From an uncultured cyanobacterium (GTDB taxonomy: Bacteria > Cyanobacteriota > Cyanobacteriia > Cyanobacteriales > CAWCAG01): a stretch of 64,000 nt of DNA. Every line of letters begins with the position of its first letter. Positions within the stretch are counted from its first letter, which is position 1. A model generated the notes under the pieces. It was not told the origin of the DNA, did no database searches, and worked only from the letters and a program-made list of their open reading frames with translations. Of the stretch, positions 51,966-63,018 are shown piece after piece. The position numbers were made by a program, and so were the translations under genes. Where the stretch lies: the NCBI GenBank assembly GCA_963793425.1, contig CAWCAG010000005.1, forward strand, positions 1,952,001 through 2,016,000, given 5' to 3'.

Positions 51966-52271
51966 TTATTCATCAGGTTCAATAGTACTCGTTAAGCCAT
52001 TATTTTTTAGGGTTTCACAATAAAACTCAGCAGGCTCTAAAGCACAAGTAATAACTAAAGCTAAACCATTAGTATGAGCCTCCATCATAATATCTACTGC
52101 TTGGGGTTGAGTCATCCCACCTATGGTTGTCATGAGAGTTTGCACCACATGCTCCATACTATTAAAATCGTCATTATGAAGTAATACTTTATAGCGTGGT
52201 GCTGGCTTACGGACTGTGGAAGTTTTTTCTACTGTCGTTGTAGAAGGCTTTTCAATAGTTTCTGTGGACAC
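51966..52271 (-). CDS. clpS: ATP-dependent Clp protease adaptor
   Basis: YKVLLHNDDFNSMEHV, MMEAHTNG. Confidence 0.95.
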   Translation of the reverse strand: MSTETIEKPSTTTVEKTSTVRKPAPRYKVLLHNDDFNSMEHVVQTLMTTIGGMTQPQAVDIMMEAHTNGLALVITCALEPAEFYCETLKNNGLTSTIEPDE

Positions 52272-52369
52272 TTTTAGCTCCTTATTGCAGTGCTTTTTGT
52301 TACCAGGTAATCTGGTAACTATTTGACATTCTTTAATATTCTAGTATGCCAAAAAAAGACAAATTTAAC

Positions 52370-55300
52370 CTAAACTTCTGATTTTTGTAACCAACTAGAG
52401 ATCCCTTCACTATCCACAGGACGAGAGTATAAGTAACCTTGTCCAAAATGGCAACCTAAAGCTTTCAGTTCCTTCTGTTGTGCTTGGGTTTCTATACCCT
52501 CAGCTACCACTTTTATACCTAAATTTAAACCTAAATTAATAATCGTTTTAACTATTTCCTTATTTTCTAGACTTATCTCTAATTGAGAGATAAAAGAACG
52601 GTCAATTTTAAGGGTATTAATCGGGAAAATCTTCAATCTACTTAAGCTAGAATAGCCAGTACCAAAATCATCAATGGACAATTCCACCCCTAATTTTTGG
52701 AGTAAAAAAAGCTTGGCAGTGACAGATTCTATGTTTTCCATAATCAAGCTTTCCGTAATTTCTAAGCACAAATTCTGGGCTTTCAATCCAGAATAATCTA
52801 AAGCTTCTTCAATTTCTTCAACAAAGTTTTTTTGAGCAAATTGTTTACCTGTCACATTAACGCTAATAGTTACCTGTTTATCTAATAGTCCCTGGCTTTG
52901 CCAAAGAAACATTTGTTGACAAGCTTGGCGCAATACCAAATTATCAATCTTGACAATTAAGCCAGTCTCTTCGGCGAGGGGAAGAAAATCCTGGGGATAA
53001 ATCAAACCCCGCTGACTATGTTGCCAGCGTACTAAAACTTCTAAACTAGTAACTTTACCTGATCTCAAGGAAATAATCGGCTGGTAATGTAGTTTTATCT
53101 CCTGCCTTTCAAGAGCTTTTCGCAAATCTGTTTCTAACTCCAGCCCACTAGGGAGATCAGTTTGCATGGAATTATCAAAAATTTCGTAACGGGCTTTACC
53201 TAAGTGTTTAGCTTGGTACATCGCCCTATCAGCATCTTTGAGTAAATCTTTGGGTTCTTTGTAAGGCTTACCCGTAGCACCATTATAGCTAAGGGCAATA
53301 CCAATGCTAGCACTAGCAAAAACTTCATGTCCTTGTAAATGAAAAGGTAAACTCAACTGTTGTTGGATGTGATCAGCAACCCTCGTAGCATCTTCTACTT
53401 GAGAGATTTTGTTCAAGAGAATAGCAAACTCATCTCCACTTAAGCGGGCAACGGTATCCCTACTACTGATGCAGTCTTCAAGGCGTTGACTAATACCAAT
53501 CAAGAGTTGATCCCCTACTAAATGCCCTAAACTATCATTAACAGCCTTGAAACGGTCTAAATCAATAAATAGGACAGCAAACACAATCCCTCCCTTACGT
53601 TGAGAATGAATAAGCTGACTTTGCAGCCTGTCCATAAATAAAGAGCGATTGGCAATGCCTGTGAGAGGATCGTAAAAGGCATTGCGTAGTAGTTGTTCTT
53701 CTACTTCTTTCCTTTTGGTAATATCTTCAAAAGTGCCTTCATAGTAAAGAAGATGCCCCTCACTATCTTTGACATTGCGAACATTTTCTGAGATCCAAAT
53801 TTTACTACCATCTTGACAATAGGCTTCAAACTCAAAATTAGTAATGGACTCATTTTGCGCCATCAAAGCAATAAATTCCTCTCTTTTTTGAGGATTAATA
53901 TAAAGTTGACTGCCAATATCCTGGATTTTTGCCATTAATTCTTGGGGGGAATTATAGCCCAACATCCTAGCGAAAGCAGGATTAACATCAAGATAGTAAC
54001 CATCAGGAGTGGTGCGGAAAATACCCTCAATAGCATTTTCAAAAATACTGCGATACTTTTCCTCTGCTTCCCTTAAAGCTTCTTCTGTTTGTTTGTGTTC
54101 GGTAATATCTGTGGCAATACCATCGATCCGCACTGGAGTACCATCATTGCTGTAAATCAGACGAGTGCGATCGCGCAGCCAACGTATTTCTCCATTGGGG
54201 CGTACAATTCTGTATTCTACATTCATGCTGCCTTCCTGGTGCAAAGATTGCAATGCCCTCCTCACAGCTTGTCTGTCTTCTGGGTAAACTATTTCTATGC
54301 CTAAATTGGAGTTGTTAACCAAATCAGCAATGGGCCTACCATAGACTTCCTCCGCAGCAGGGTTAAGATAGAGAAGTTGGAAAGTTTGTGCCGACGCTGA
54401 CCAAATAACATCTTCTAAGGAAGCAAGAATGCTATGCAAGCGTTGTTGGCTTTCTTGCAGGGCTTCTTCTGCTTGTTTGCGCTGGGTAATATCGGTAACA
54501 ATCTCCATAGAGCTGTCGTTGGTTAAGGGAGTTCGACTAACTAGCCACCACAACTTATTGCCAGATTTTTGCTGAACTTGAATTTCATACTGTTGGGAAA
54601 TACCTAGCTGACATTGTTGTCTTTTCCGGTTAAGTAAGCGGTTATCTATTCGGTTAACTAATAAATTTTTTTCCGGTTTACCAACTAATTCTGCTGAAGA
54701 ATAACCAAGAATTTCACAATAGCGTCTGTTAACGAAATAGAGCCTTCCTTGTTGATCTGTCAAAGATAGCCCTTCATTCATCATTTCTATTAAAGTGCGA
54801 TATTTTTTCTCACTCGTCCTTAACTCTTCCTCTGCTCGCTTGCGTTCAGTAATATCAGTAATTAAACTTTTTACTTCTTCCCTTAATAGTTGGTTGGAAG
54901 CAGAAAGATTGGCAGTTCTTTGTTGTACTATCTGTTCTAATTCAGTATTATCTAAAAGAGAATCTACTTCTTGAGGAACTAGCGGTTGATAGCGATTCCA
55001 AAACTCTTCTAATCGAGGCTCTTTCTCAATTAATTTTCTACGATCAGAACTAATTTTAGGATAGTTTTTCATCTCTGAAGCTAGTTCTGGATAATTGCCA
55101 GCCCATTGATGGCAGACTTTAATAAAAGCAAAAAGGTTAACTAAATGAAGATACTTTTCTTCTCCTAAAAATCGACGCAAAGCACTAGCACATTGTGAAC
55201 TTTGATGAGGGTAAAGAAAAATAAATACTCCTACCCTTAACAAACTACTTTCATGCTCAGAATCAGTTTCAGGTAATTGGGAGAAAGAAGACTGTTTAAG

Positions 55301-55624
55301 TAAATGCAAATCTGTTTGTAAGGTAACAAAATCATGGGTAGCAGGTTCTTGAAGAAACTGGAGAATTTGGCTAGGGGAGATACCCAAATCATTAAGAATA
55401 CTACAATGAAAAATTAAACAAGAAGCAACAGAACAATAACGAGACAAATAAGTACAAAATTTCTCTTTCAACAAATCCGGTAAAGGGTTCTCAACATAAG
55501 CAGATAAGGTTTGCTGCCTTAAACTAGCCAAAATTTCTGGATTGTCTAGGGCTGGAGCAAAGAAAGGAGGAAAAAGCCCTAGTTGAGCTTCAATCTCCGC
55601 CTTAATTTGTCTAGTAGTTCGCAT
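52370..55624 (-). CDS. PAS-GGDEF-EAL diguanylate cyclase/phosphodiesterase with an N-terminal AhpD-like domain
   Basis: Three PAS/PAC units, RLSGDEF, EVLVRW, DDFGTGYSSL, AEGIE. Confidence 0.93.
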   Translation of the reverse strand: MRTTRQIKAEIEAQLGLFPPFFAPALDNPEILASLRQQTLSAYVENPLPDLLKEKFCTYLSRYCSVASCLIFHCSILNDLGISPSQILQFLQEPATHDFVTLQTDLHLLKQSSFSQLPETDSEHESSLLRVGVFIFLYPHQSSQCASALRRFLGEEKYLHLVNLFAFIKVCHQWAGNYPELASEMKNYPKISSDRRKLIEKEPRLEEFWNRYQPLVPQEVDSLLDNTELEQIVQQRTANLSASNQLLREEVKSLITDITERKRAEEELRTSEKKYRTLIEMMNEGLSLTDQQGRLYFVNRRYCEILGYSSAELVGKPEKNLLVNRIDNRLLNRKRQQCQLGISQQYEIQVQQKSGNKLWWLVSRTPLTNDSSMEIVTDITQRKQAEEALQESQQRLHSILASLEDVIWSASAQTFQLLYLNPAAEEVYGRPIADLVNNSNLGIEIVYPEDRQAVRRALQSLHQEGSMNVEYRIVRPNGEIRWLRDRTRLIYSNDGTPVRIDGIATDITEHKQTEEALREAEEKYRSIFENAIEGIFRTTPDGYYLDVNPAFARMLGYNSPQELMAKIQDIGSQLYINPQKREEFIALMAQNESITNFEFEAYCQDGSKIWISENVRNVKDSEGHLLYYEGTFEDITKRKEVEEQLLRNAFYDPLTGIANRSLFMDRLQSQLIHSQRKGGIVFAVLFIDLDRFKAVNDSLGHLVGDQLLIGISQRLEDCISSRDTVARLSGDEFAILLNKISQVEDATRVADHIQQQLSLPFHLQGHEVFASASIGIALSYNGATGKPYKEPKDLLKDADRAMYQAKHLGKARYEIFDNSMQTDLPSGLELETDLRKALERQEIKLHYQPIISLRSGKVTSLEVLVRWQHSQRGLIYPQDFLPLAEETGLIVKIDNLVLRQACQQMFLWQSQGLLDKQVTISVNVTGKQFAQKNFVEEIEEALDYSGLKAQNLCLEITESLIMENIESVTAKLFLLQKLGVELSIDDFGTGYSSLSRLKIFPINTLKIDRSFISQLEISLENKEIVKTIINLGLNLGIKVVAEGIETQAQQKELKALGCHFGQGYLYSRPVDSEGISSWLQKSEV

Positions 55625-55737
55625 AGGGAGGAGAGGGTGCAAATAATACTGTTGTTTCCTTATACCTTAGATTAGAAAAATCTTGAGGAAAGTTCACCAA
55701 GAAATAGCGATAAAATACTTAACATTAACTTTAATTA

Positions 55738-56652
55738 ATGAAAACTGTGATTATGCAAACAGAGCAAGCTATTTCTAGCCCAGCAATTCCTGGTCAATAC
55801 TGGCAATGGCGAGGACATACTATTTATTATCTTAAAGCCGGGGCAGAAAAAAGCAACCATCCCCCCTTATTATTAATCCATGGTTTCGGTGCTTCTACTG
55901 ATCACTGGCGTAAGAATATTGCCGAACTCAAAAGTAATTTTGCAGTTTGGGCGATTGATCTTTTAGGTTTTGGACGTTCTACGAAAGCAAATATTGCTTA
56001 CACCGGAGATTTATGGCGAGATCAAGTCAATGATTTTATTCAAGAAGTTGTTGGTGAACCAGTTATTTTAGTAGGAAATTCCCTTGGCGGCTATACCGCT
56101 TTGTGCGTAGCCTCCCAACGTCCTCAATCTGCTCAAGGGTTAATTTTACTTAATAGTGCTGGCCCCTTCACTGATAGCGAACCCCAGGCTAAAACAAGTT
56201 TTGCTCGTGAATTGATTGGTAAGGTTAGCCGCTCTATTTTGTTGCAACCTTGGGCTAATTATCTTCTCTTTAAATACGTACAACGCCCTGCAACTATTCG
56301 CAAAACTTTAGAAAAGGTTTATTTAGATAAAAGTGCGGTTACAGACCGTTTAGTGGCAGAAATCTATCGTCCTTCTTTAGATAAAGGTGCTGTGGATGTT
56401 TTTGCTTCTGTGTTTAAAACTCCTCAAGGAGAGAAGAATGATGTTTTATTGCAACAGTTACAATGTCCTTTATTAATGTTGTGGGGAGAAGGTGATCCTT
56501 GGATGAACTGTCAAGAAAGAAGCGTTAAGTTTCGGCAATATTATCCTAATTTAACAGAATATTATTTACAAGCAGGTCATTGTCCCCATGATGAAGCCCC
56601 AGAAAAGGTTAATAGTTTAATTAAGGAATGGGTTTTAGCTATAGAAAAGTAA
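55738..56652 (+). CDS. Alpha/beta fold hydrolase
   Basis: HGFGAS, GNSLGG nucleophile elbow, AGHCPHDE. Confidence 0.92.
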   Translation: MKTVIMQTEQAISSPAIPGQYWQWRGHTIYYLKAGAEKSNHPPLLLIHGFGASTDHWRKNIAELKSNFAVWAIDLLGFGRSTKANIAYTGDLWRDQVNDFIQEVVGEPVILVGNSLGGYTALCVASQRPQSAQGLILLNSAGPFTDSEPQAKTSFARELIGKVSRSILLQPWANYLLFKYVQRPATIRKTLEKVYLDKSAVTDRLVAEIYRPSLDKGAVDVFASVFKTPQGEKNDVLLQQLQCPLLMLWGEGDPWMNCQERSVKFRQYYPNLTEYYLQAGHCPHDEAPEKVNSLIKEWVLAIEK

Positions 56653-56733
56653 GGGAATCGCGAACAGAAATGATAAAGTGAGATTGTCTATCAGCAATTA
56701 GCTATTAGCCATTAGCCATTAGCCATTCCCTAA

Positions 56734-58470
56734 ATGAGTCTTCGTCAGAAAACCCTACTGCTTATTAGCCTTGTTTTGCTTGGCTTAATTGCTGTTTTAT
56801 CTGCTAGTCTTTCGGCTATATTACTAAACAGCTTCACAAGGTTAGAAGAAAAGAACGCCCGCAAAAATGTCCAAAGAGTTAAAGAAGCACTATATGACAA
56901 GACTCAAGAATTAGCTAATTCAACCAAAGATTGGGGAGCTTGGGACGATACCTATGAGTTTATTGAAGATAAAAACGAGCGGTTTTTTCAGGGCAATTTA
57001 AGGGCAAGCACCTTTGCCAATTTACAACTTAATTATTTAATTTTATTAAATAAGACAGGACAACAAGTTTATGGTCAAGGTTTTGAGCTTGCCAAAGGAA
57101 CAGAAATACCAATCACTGCTAGCTTAAGTAAATACCTTAATCCTGATAGTGTATTACTAAAACATACTAATACTCAAGATGTTAATGAAGGTATTATTGT
57201 TCTTGAAGACAGTTTACTCTTAATTGCTTCTCACCCCATTGTTACTAGTGATCATGAAGGGCCTATTCGGGGTAGCTTGATTATGGGGCAATATTTAAAC
57301 CCAAGCAAGATCAAATCTTTAGAGAAGCAAACTCAATTATCTCTGAATTTATATTCCTTAGCCAACCCTCAATTAGCTAGTGGATTAAAAGAGGTAGTAT
57401 CAGAATTAAGACAAACAGAAGAAAATTTTCCCGACAATCTATTAGAAGCACCCATATCAGTTGAACCTTTTAACAAAAAAGTTATTTTCGGTTATGCTTT
57501 ACTGCCAGATATAACAGGAAAACCCGCAATACTTTTGCGGGTGGAGATGCCGAGAGAAATTTATCAGCAAGGTCTTAACAGCTTGAGCTATTTGATTATT
57601 TCTCTTCTTTTAGTGGGTATAATTTTTGGAGCCGGAACTTTATTTTTATTAGAAAAAGTTGTGCTATCTCGCCTAGCTAACTTGAGTCAAGATGTTCAGG
57701 AAATTGGTACTACTGGCGATCTTTCTTTGCGAGTACAGACCCTTGGCAAAGATGAATTAACCAGCCTTGCTACTACCATTAATAGTATGGTGCAGCGATT
57801 AGAAATTAGTAGTAAAGAACTAGCTTTAGAAAAAGATAAAACCGAAAATTTACTCCTCAATATTCTTCCTGAACCCATAGCCGGAAGGTTAAAAGCTCAA
57901 GAAGGTACTATTGCTGATAATTTTGCGGAAGTAACAGTGATGTTTGCCGATATAGTCGGTTTCACCACTTTTTCTGAACAAATGCCTCCAGCTAAATTAG
58001 TTCGTCTCCTCAATAATGTTTTTTCTCGCTTCGATGGGTTATTAGAAAAGCATGGTTTAGAAAAAATTAAAACCATTGGTGACTGTTATATGGTGGTTGG
58101 TGGCTTACCCATAGAAATTCCTAACCATGCAGAAGCGATCGCAGAAATGGCCTTAGAGATGTTAATAGAAATTGAAAAATTCAACCTGGAACAGGGTCAA
58201 GAATTTGCCATGCGTATGGGGATTAATACCGGCTCTGTCGTAGCTGGAGTTATTGGCTTGAAGAAGTTTGTTTATGACCTCTGGGGAGATACCGTAAACA
58301 CTGCCAGTCGGATGGAATCCCACGGTATACCTGGACGCATCCACGTTTCTAGTACTACTTATGAACATTTGCAGCATAAGTATGAATTTGAAGCAAGGGG
58401 AACTATTAATATTAAAGGCAAAGGGGAAATGGCAACTTTTCTACTCATCAAGAAAAAATCAACAGTCTAG
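56734..58470 (+). CDS. CHASE4-HAMP class III adenylate/guanylate cyclase
   Basis: DWGAWDDTY (CHASE4), HAMP, FADIVGFT, KIKTIGDCYM, YDLWGDTVNTASRMES. Confidence 0.93.
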   Translation: MSLRQKTLLLISLVLLGLIAVLSASLSAILLNSFTRLEEKNARKNVQRVKEALYDKTQELANSTKDWGAWDDTYEFIEDKNERFFQGNLRASTFANLQLNYLILLNKTGQQVYGQGFELAKGTEIPITASLSKYLNPDSVLLKHTNTQDVNEGIIVLEDSLLLIASHPIVTSDHEGPIRGSLIMGQYLNPSKIKSLEKQTQLSLNLYSLANPQLASGLKEVVSELRQTEENFPDNLLEAPISVEPFNKKVIFGYALLPDITGKPAILLRVEMPREIYQQGLNSLSYLIISLLLVGIIFGAGTLFLLEKVVLSRLANLSQDVQEIGTTGDLSLRVQTLGKDELTSLATTINSMVQRLEISSKELALEKDKTENLLLNILPEPIAGRLKAQEGTIADNFAEVTVMFADIVGFTTFSEQMPPAKLVRLLNNVFSRFDGLLEKHGLEKIKTIGDCYMVVGGLPIEIPNHAEAIAEMALEMLIEIEKFNLEQGQEFAMRMGINTGSVVAGVIGLKKFVYDLWGDTVNTASRMESHGIPGRIHVSSTTYEHLQHKYEFEARGTINIKGKGEMATFLLIKKKSTV

Positions 58471-58523
58471 AGAAGTTAAAGAAACTCTAGAGATACAGGG
58501 TATTTCTCCTTAGATGGCTCTAA

Positions 58524-59591
<1,068 letters not shown>

Positions 59592-59677
59592 CACTCTGTC
59601 AATCTTTAATTTAAGGGTAAGGGGTAAAGAATTATCCCTCTGTTCAATATTATTATTGTAGCCAATCTTGGGCAAAA

Positions 59678-59716
59678 TTTTAGCTACCTAAACTAACACT
59701 GTTTGGGTAGCTAAAA
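59678..59716. terminator. Stem-loop after gap
   Basis: TTTTAGCTACCTAAAC / GTTTGGGTAGCTAAAA. Confidence 0.65.
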
Positions 59717-59785
59717 AGTATTATTTTGGTGCAAATTTTTCTCTGTCCAAGCTATATTGAGCAAAAACCCTCTGTAATTCTCTTA

Positions 59786-60862
59786 ATGAACCAACCTCCT
59801 GTATTTTCCTTTAGACAAAAATATAAACGCCTACAACAGGAGATGATTTTCGGTATTGCCGCCCTAGCTGGTGTTTTCTTAGTTGGCACTCTCTGGTATT
59901 GGTTAGTTGAGGGGTGGGAATTTATTGAAGCTGTTTACATGACAGCAATTACTCTTTCGACTGTTGGTTTTTCAGAAGTACATCCTTTAGAAAATAAAGC
60001 TCGTATTTTTACTATTTGCTTGATTTTCATGGGTTTGTTTAGCTTCGGTTACATTGCTAATCGCTTTACAGAGGCGCTTATTCAAGGCTACTTTCAAGAA
60101 GGAATCAAAATGAGACAACAAAAGCTCTTGATAGACTCTTTAAAAAAGCACTATATAGTCTGTGGTTTTGGTAGGACAGGGCGACAGGTTGCTTTAGAAT
60201 TTCAAGCTGAAGGCATACCTTTTATTGTGATTGATTCTAGTCTTGAGAAGATAGAACAAGCTCAAGAATTAGGTTGCATAGCGGTCTATGGTGATGCAAC
60301 CCTAGATGAATCATTACAGAAAGCTAGTATCGACAAAGCCCTTTGTCTTGTTACAGTACTTCCTTCCGATGCAGAAAACCTCTACACTGTACTTTCTGCC
60401 AAAACTTTTAATCCTCATATTCGGGCGATCGCCCGCGCTAGTACAGAAGAAGCGGAACAAAAGTTGCAAAGGGCAGGGGCAGATGGAGTTGTTTCTCCTC
60501 ATATTACCGGAGGAAGACGTTTAGCTGCTGCTGCTTTACGCCCTCAAGTGATGGATTTTGTTGATGGTATTTTAGCGGGTTCCGATAAGTCTTTTTATAT
60601 GGAAGAGTTACGCCTAGATTCTGAGACTTGCCCTTATATAGATCAGACTTTAAGTCAAGCAAAATTAAGGAAAAAATCCGGTGCTTTAGTGTTAGCAATT
60701 CGCAGAAATGATGGCGTTTTAATTGTTGGTCCCACAGGGGATACTTACTTGCTATCAGGAGATTTACTCATTTGTATGGGAACTGCTGAACAACTAAGAA
60801 CTCTTAACAGTATCCTTGATCCTATTAATTCTGCTCATCCAAGGTTGCCTAAGCATATTTGA
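59786..60862 (+). CDS. Potassium channel with TrkA-N/TrkA-C (RCK) domains
   Basis: TLSTVGF pore, CGFGRTG Rossmann motif; start at MNQPPV. Confidence 0.92.
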   Translation: MNQPPVFSFRQKYKRLQQEMIFGIAALAGVFLVGTLWYWLVEGWEFIEAVYMTAITLSTVGFSEVHPLENKARIFTICLIFMGLFSFGYIANRFTEALIQGYFQEGIKMRQQKLLIDSLKKHYIVCGFGRTGRQVALEFQAEGIPFIVIDSSLEKIEQAQELGCIAVYGDATLDESLQKASIDKALCLVTVLPSDAENLYTVLSAKTFNPHIRAIARASTEEAEQKLQRAGADGVVSPHITGGRRLAAAALRPQVMDFVDGILAGSDKSFYMEELRLDSETCPYIDQTLSQAKLRKKSGALVLAIRRNDGVLIVGPTGDTYLLSGDLLICMGTAEQLRTLNSILDPINSAHPRLPKHI

Positions 60863-61034
60863 GAAAAATCCTGCCCTTGTTGCATGACTTACCTGCTATT
60901 CATGTTTATGAGAAAATAGGCTTTATTCGTGAAGGTGTCAAGGGTGATCTCCTATTTTGGGACAGCAAGTATCACAATGCAATCATTATGAGTATACTGA
61001 AACCTGACTACGATAAATTAATATTTAATCATCA

Positions 61035-62960
61035 ATGAGCAATAAAAAAACTGTTCCCTTTGGTTCCTGGAAATCACCTATCACCTCAGCTCTAATCGTT
61101 GCAGGAAGCATTAGATTAGGCGGCGTTGCTGTTGATGGAAAAAACCTTTATTGGTTGGAAGGGCGACCTAGTGAAGGGGGGCGCAACGTCTTAGTGCAAC
61201 AAGATGCCCAGGGAAACATTACTGATATTACTTCTGCCCCTTACAATATTCGTACCAAAGTTCATGAATATGGTGGTGGTGCATTTTTAGTAGTTGCTGG
61301 AACAGTCTATTTTAGTAACTTTGTAGATCAGCGAATTTATCAACAAAAAATTGGCACTGAACCCCAACCCCTAACCCCAGAGTCCCCGCGACGCTATGCT
61401 GATGCAGTTTTAGATCAACAAAGGAATCGCTTGATTTGCGTTTGCGAAGAAAAGCTGGAAAGGCAAGCTGAACCCACAAATACTTTAGTTACTGTTGATC
61501 TTGATTCTGGGGAAGTGCAAACCTTGGTATCTGGTAGCAACTTCTATGCTTCTCCTCGCCTTAGCCCCGATGGTTGCCAATTAGCTTGGTTAGATTGGCA
61601 ACATCCTAATTTACCTTGGGATGCCACCCAGTTGTGGATTGCGAATATGCAAGGAGATGGTTCTTTATCTGAGGTGCGATGTCTTGCTGGAGGGGAGGAA
61701 GAAGCTATCTTTGAACCTCGATGGAGTCCTGATGGTAAGTTGTATTTTGCCAGCGATCGCACAGGCTGGTGGAATTTGTATCGTTGCAATGGGGAAGGAG
61801 AAATTGAGGCTTTGTGGGAGATGGAGGCAGAGTTTGGTTATCCTCATTGGGTATTTGGTTTATCTATGTACGGCTTCCAATCCTCAGATAAGTTGGTTTG
61901 CACTTATTTCCAAGGGGGGAGAAGTTATTTAGCTAGCTTGGATCTCAATACTAAAGAAGGGCAAATGATTACTACTCCTTATACTAGTATTGATTATCTC
62001 CAAGTAACTCCTCACCAACTCTTCTTTTTAGGAGGATCACCAACAGAGTCTGCTGCGGTACTGCAATGGCAAGAAGGGGAGGTTGCAGTCATTAAAACAA
62101 GTAGTGATTTAGCCATAGATTCCGGTTATCTCTCCCTTCCCCAAGAGATTACTTTTCCGACAGATCATAACCTAACTGCCTATGCTTGGTACTATCCCCC
62201 GCAAAACAAGGATTATACCCCGCCACCAGGAGAACTTCCCCCCTTATTAGTGAAAAGTCATGGTGGCCCCACAGCAGCAGCTTCCCCCACTTTAAGTTTG
62301 AAGACTCAATACTGGACGAGTCGGGGTTTTGGGGTGGTGGATGTTAATTATGGCGGCAGCAGTGGTTATGGTAAAGAGTATCGGCAAAGGTTAGATAAAC
62401 AGTGGGGTGTGGTGGATGTTCATGACTGTGCCAATGCTGCTCAATATTTGGTAGAAGAGGGTAAAGTTGATAGAGAAAGATTAGTGATTTCTGGGGGTAG
62501 TGCCGGAGGTTATACGACTTTGTGCGCTTTAACTTTTTTGGATATTTTTAAAGCTGGGGCTAGTTATTATGGGGTTAGTGATTTAGAAGTTTTAGCTAAA
62601 GAAACTCATAAGTTTGAATCGCGATATTTAGATAGATTAGTGGGGAAATATCCCCAAGAAAAGGATTTGTATGTGGCGCGATCGCCGATTCATTTCACCG
62701 AAAGGCTTTCTTGTCCTGTGATATTTTTTCAAGGTTTAGAGGATGAAGTAACCCCTCCTAACCAAGCAGAAAAGATGGTGACAGCGATTAAAAATAAGGG
62801 TTTACCTGTTGCTTATGTTACCTTTGCTGGGGAACAACATGGCTTCCGTCGGGCTGAAAATATTAAACGTGCCTTGGATGGAGAATTTTATTTCTATTCC
62901 CAAGTTTTTGGTTTCAAACCAGCAGAAGAAATTGAATCTGTGGAAATTTTTAATGGTTAG
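61035..62960 (+). CDS. S9 family peptidase
   Basis: HGGPT, GGSAGG, FQGLED, EQHGFR. Confidence 0.94.
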   Translation: MSNKKTVPFGSWKSPITSALIVAGSIRLGGVAVDGKNLYWLEGRPSEGGRNVLVQQDAQGNITDITSAPYNIRTKVHEYGGGAFLVVAGTVYFSNFVDQRIYQQKIGTEPQPLTPESPRRYADAVLDQQRNRLICVCEEKLERQAEPTNTLVTVDLDSGEVQTLVSGSNFYASPRLSPDGCQLAWLDWQHPNLPWDATQLWIANMQGDGSLSEVRCLAGGEEEAIFEPRWSPDGKLYFASDRTGWWNLYRCNGEGEIEALWEMEAEFGYPHWVFGLSMYGFQSSDKLVCTYFQGGRSYLASLDLNTKEGQMITTPYTSIDYLQVTPHQLFFLGGSPTESAAVLQWQEGEVAVIKTSSDLAIDSGYLSLPQEITFPTDHNLTAYAWYYPPQNKDYTPPPGELPPLLVKSHGGPTAAASPTLSLKTQYWTSRGFGVVDVNYGGSSGYGKEYRQRLDKQWGVVDVHDCANAAQYLVEEGKVDRERLVISGGSAGGYTTLCALTFLDIFKAGASYYGVSDLEVLAKETHKFESRYLDRLVGKYPQEKDLYVARSPIHFTERLSCPVIFFQGLEDEVTPPNQAEKMVTAIKNKGLPVAYVTFAGEQHGFRRAENIKRALDGEFYFYSQVFGFKPAEEIESVEIFNG

Positions 62961-63018
62961 TTGCTAGTTGCTAGTTGCTAGTGGTCTAAGACTATAATTC
63001 TTTACTTGTTACCTAAAT

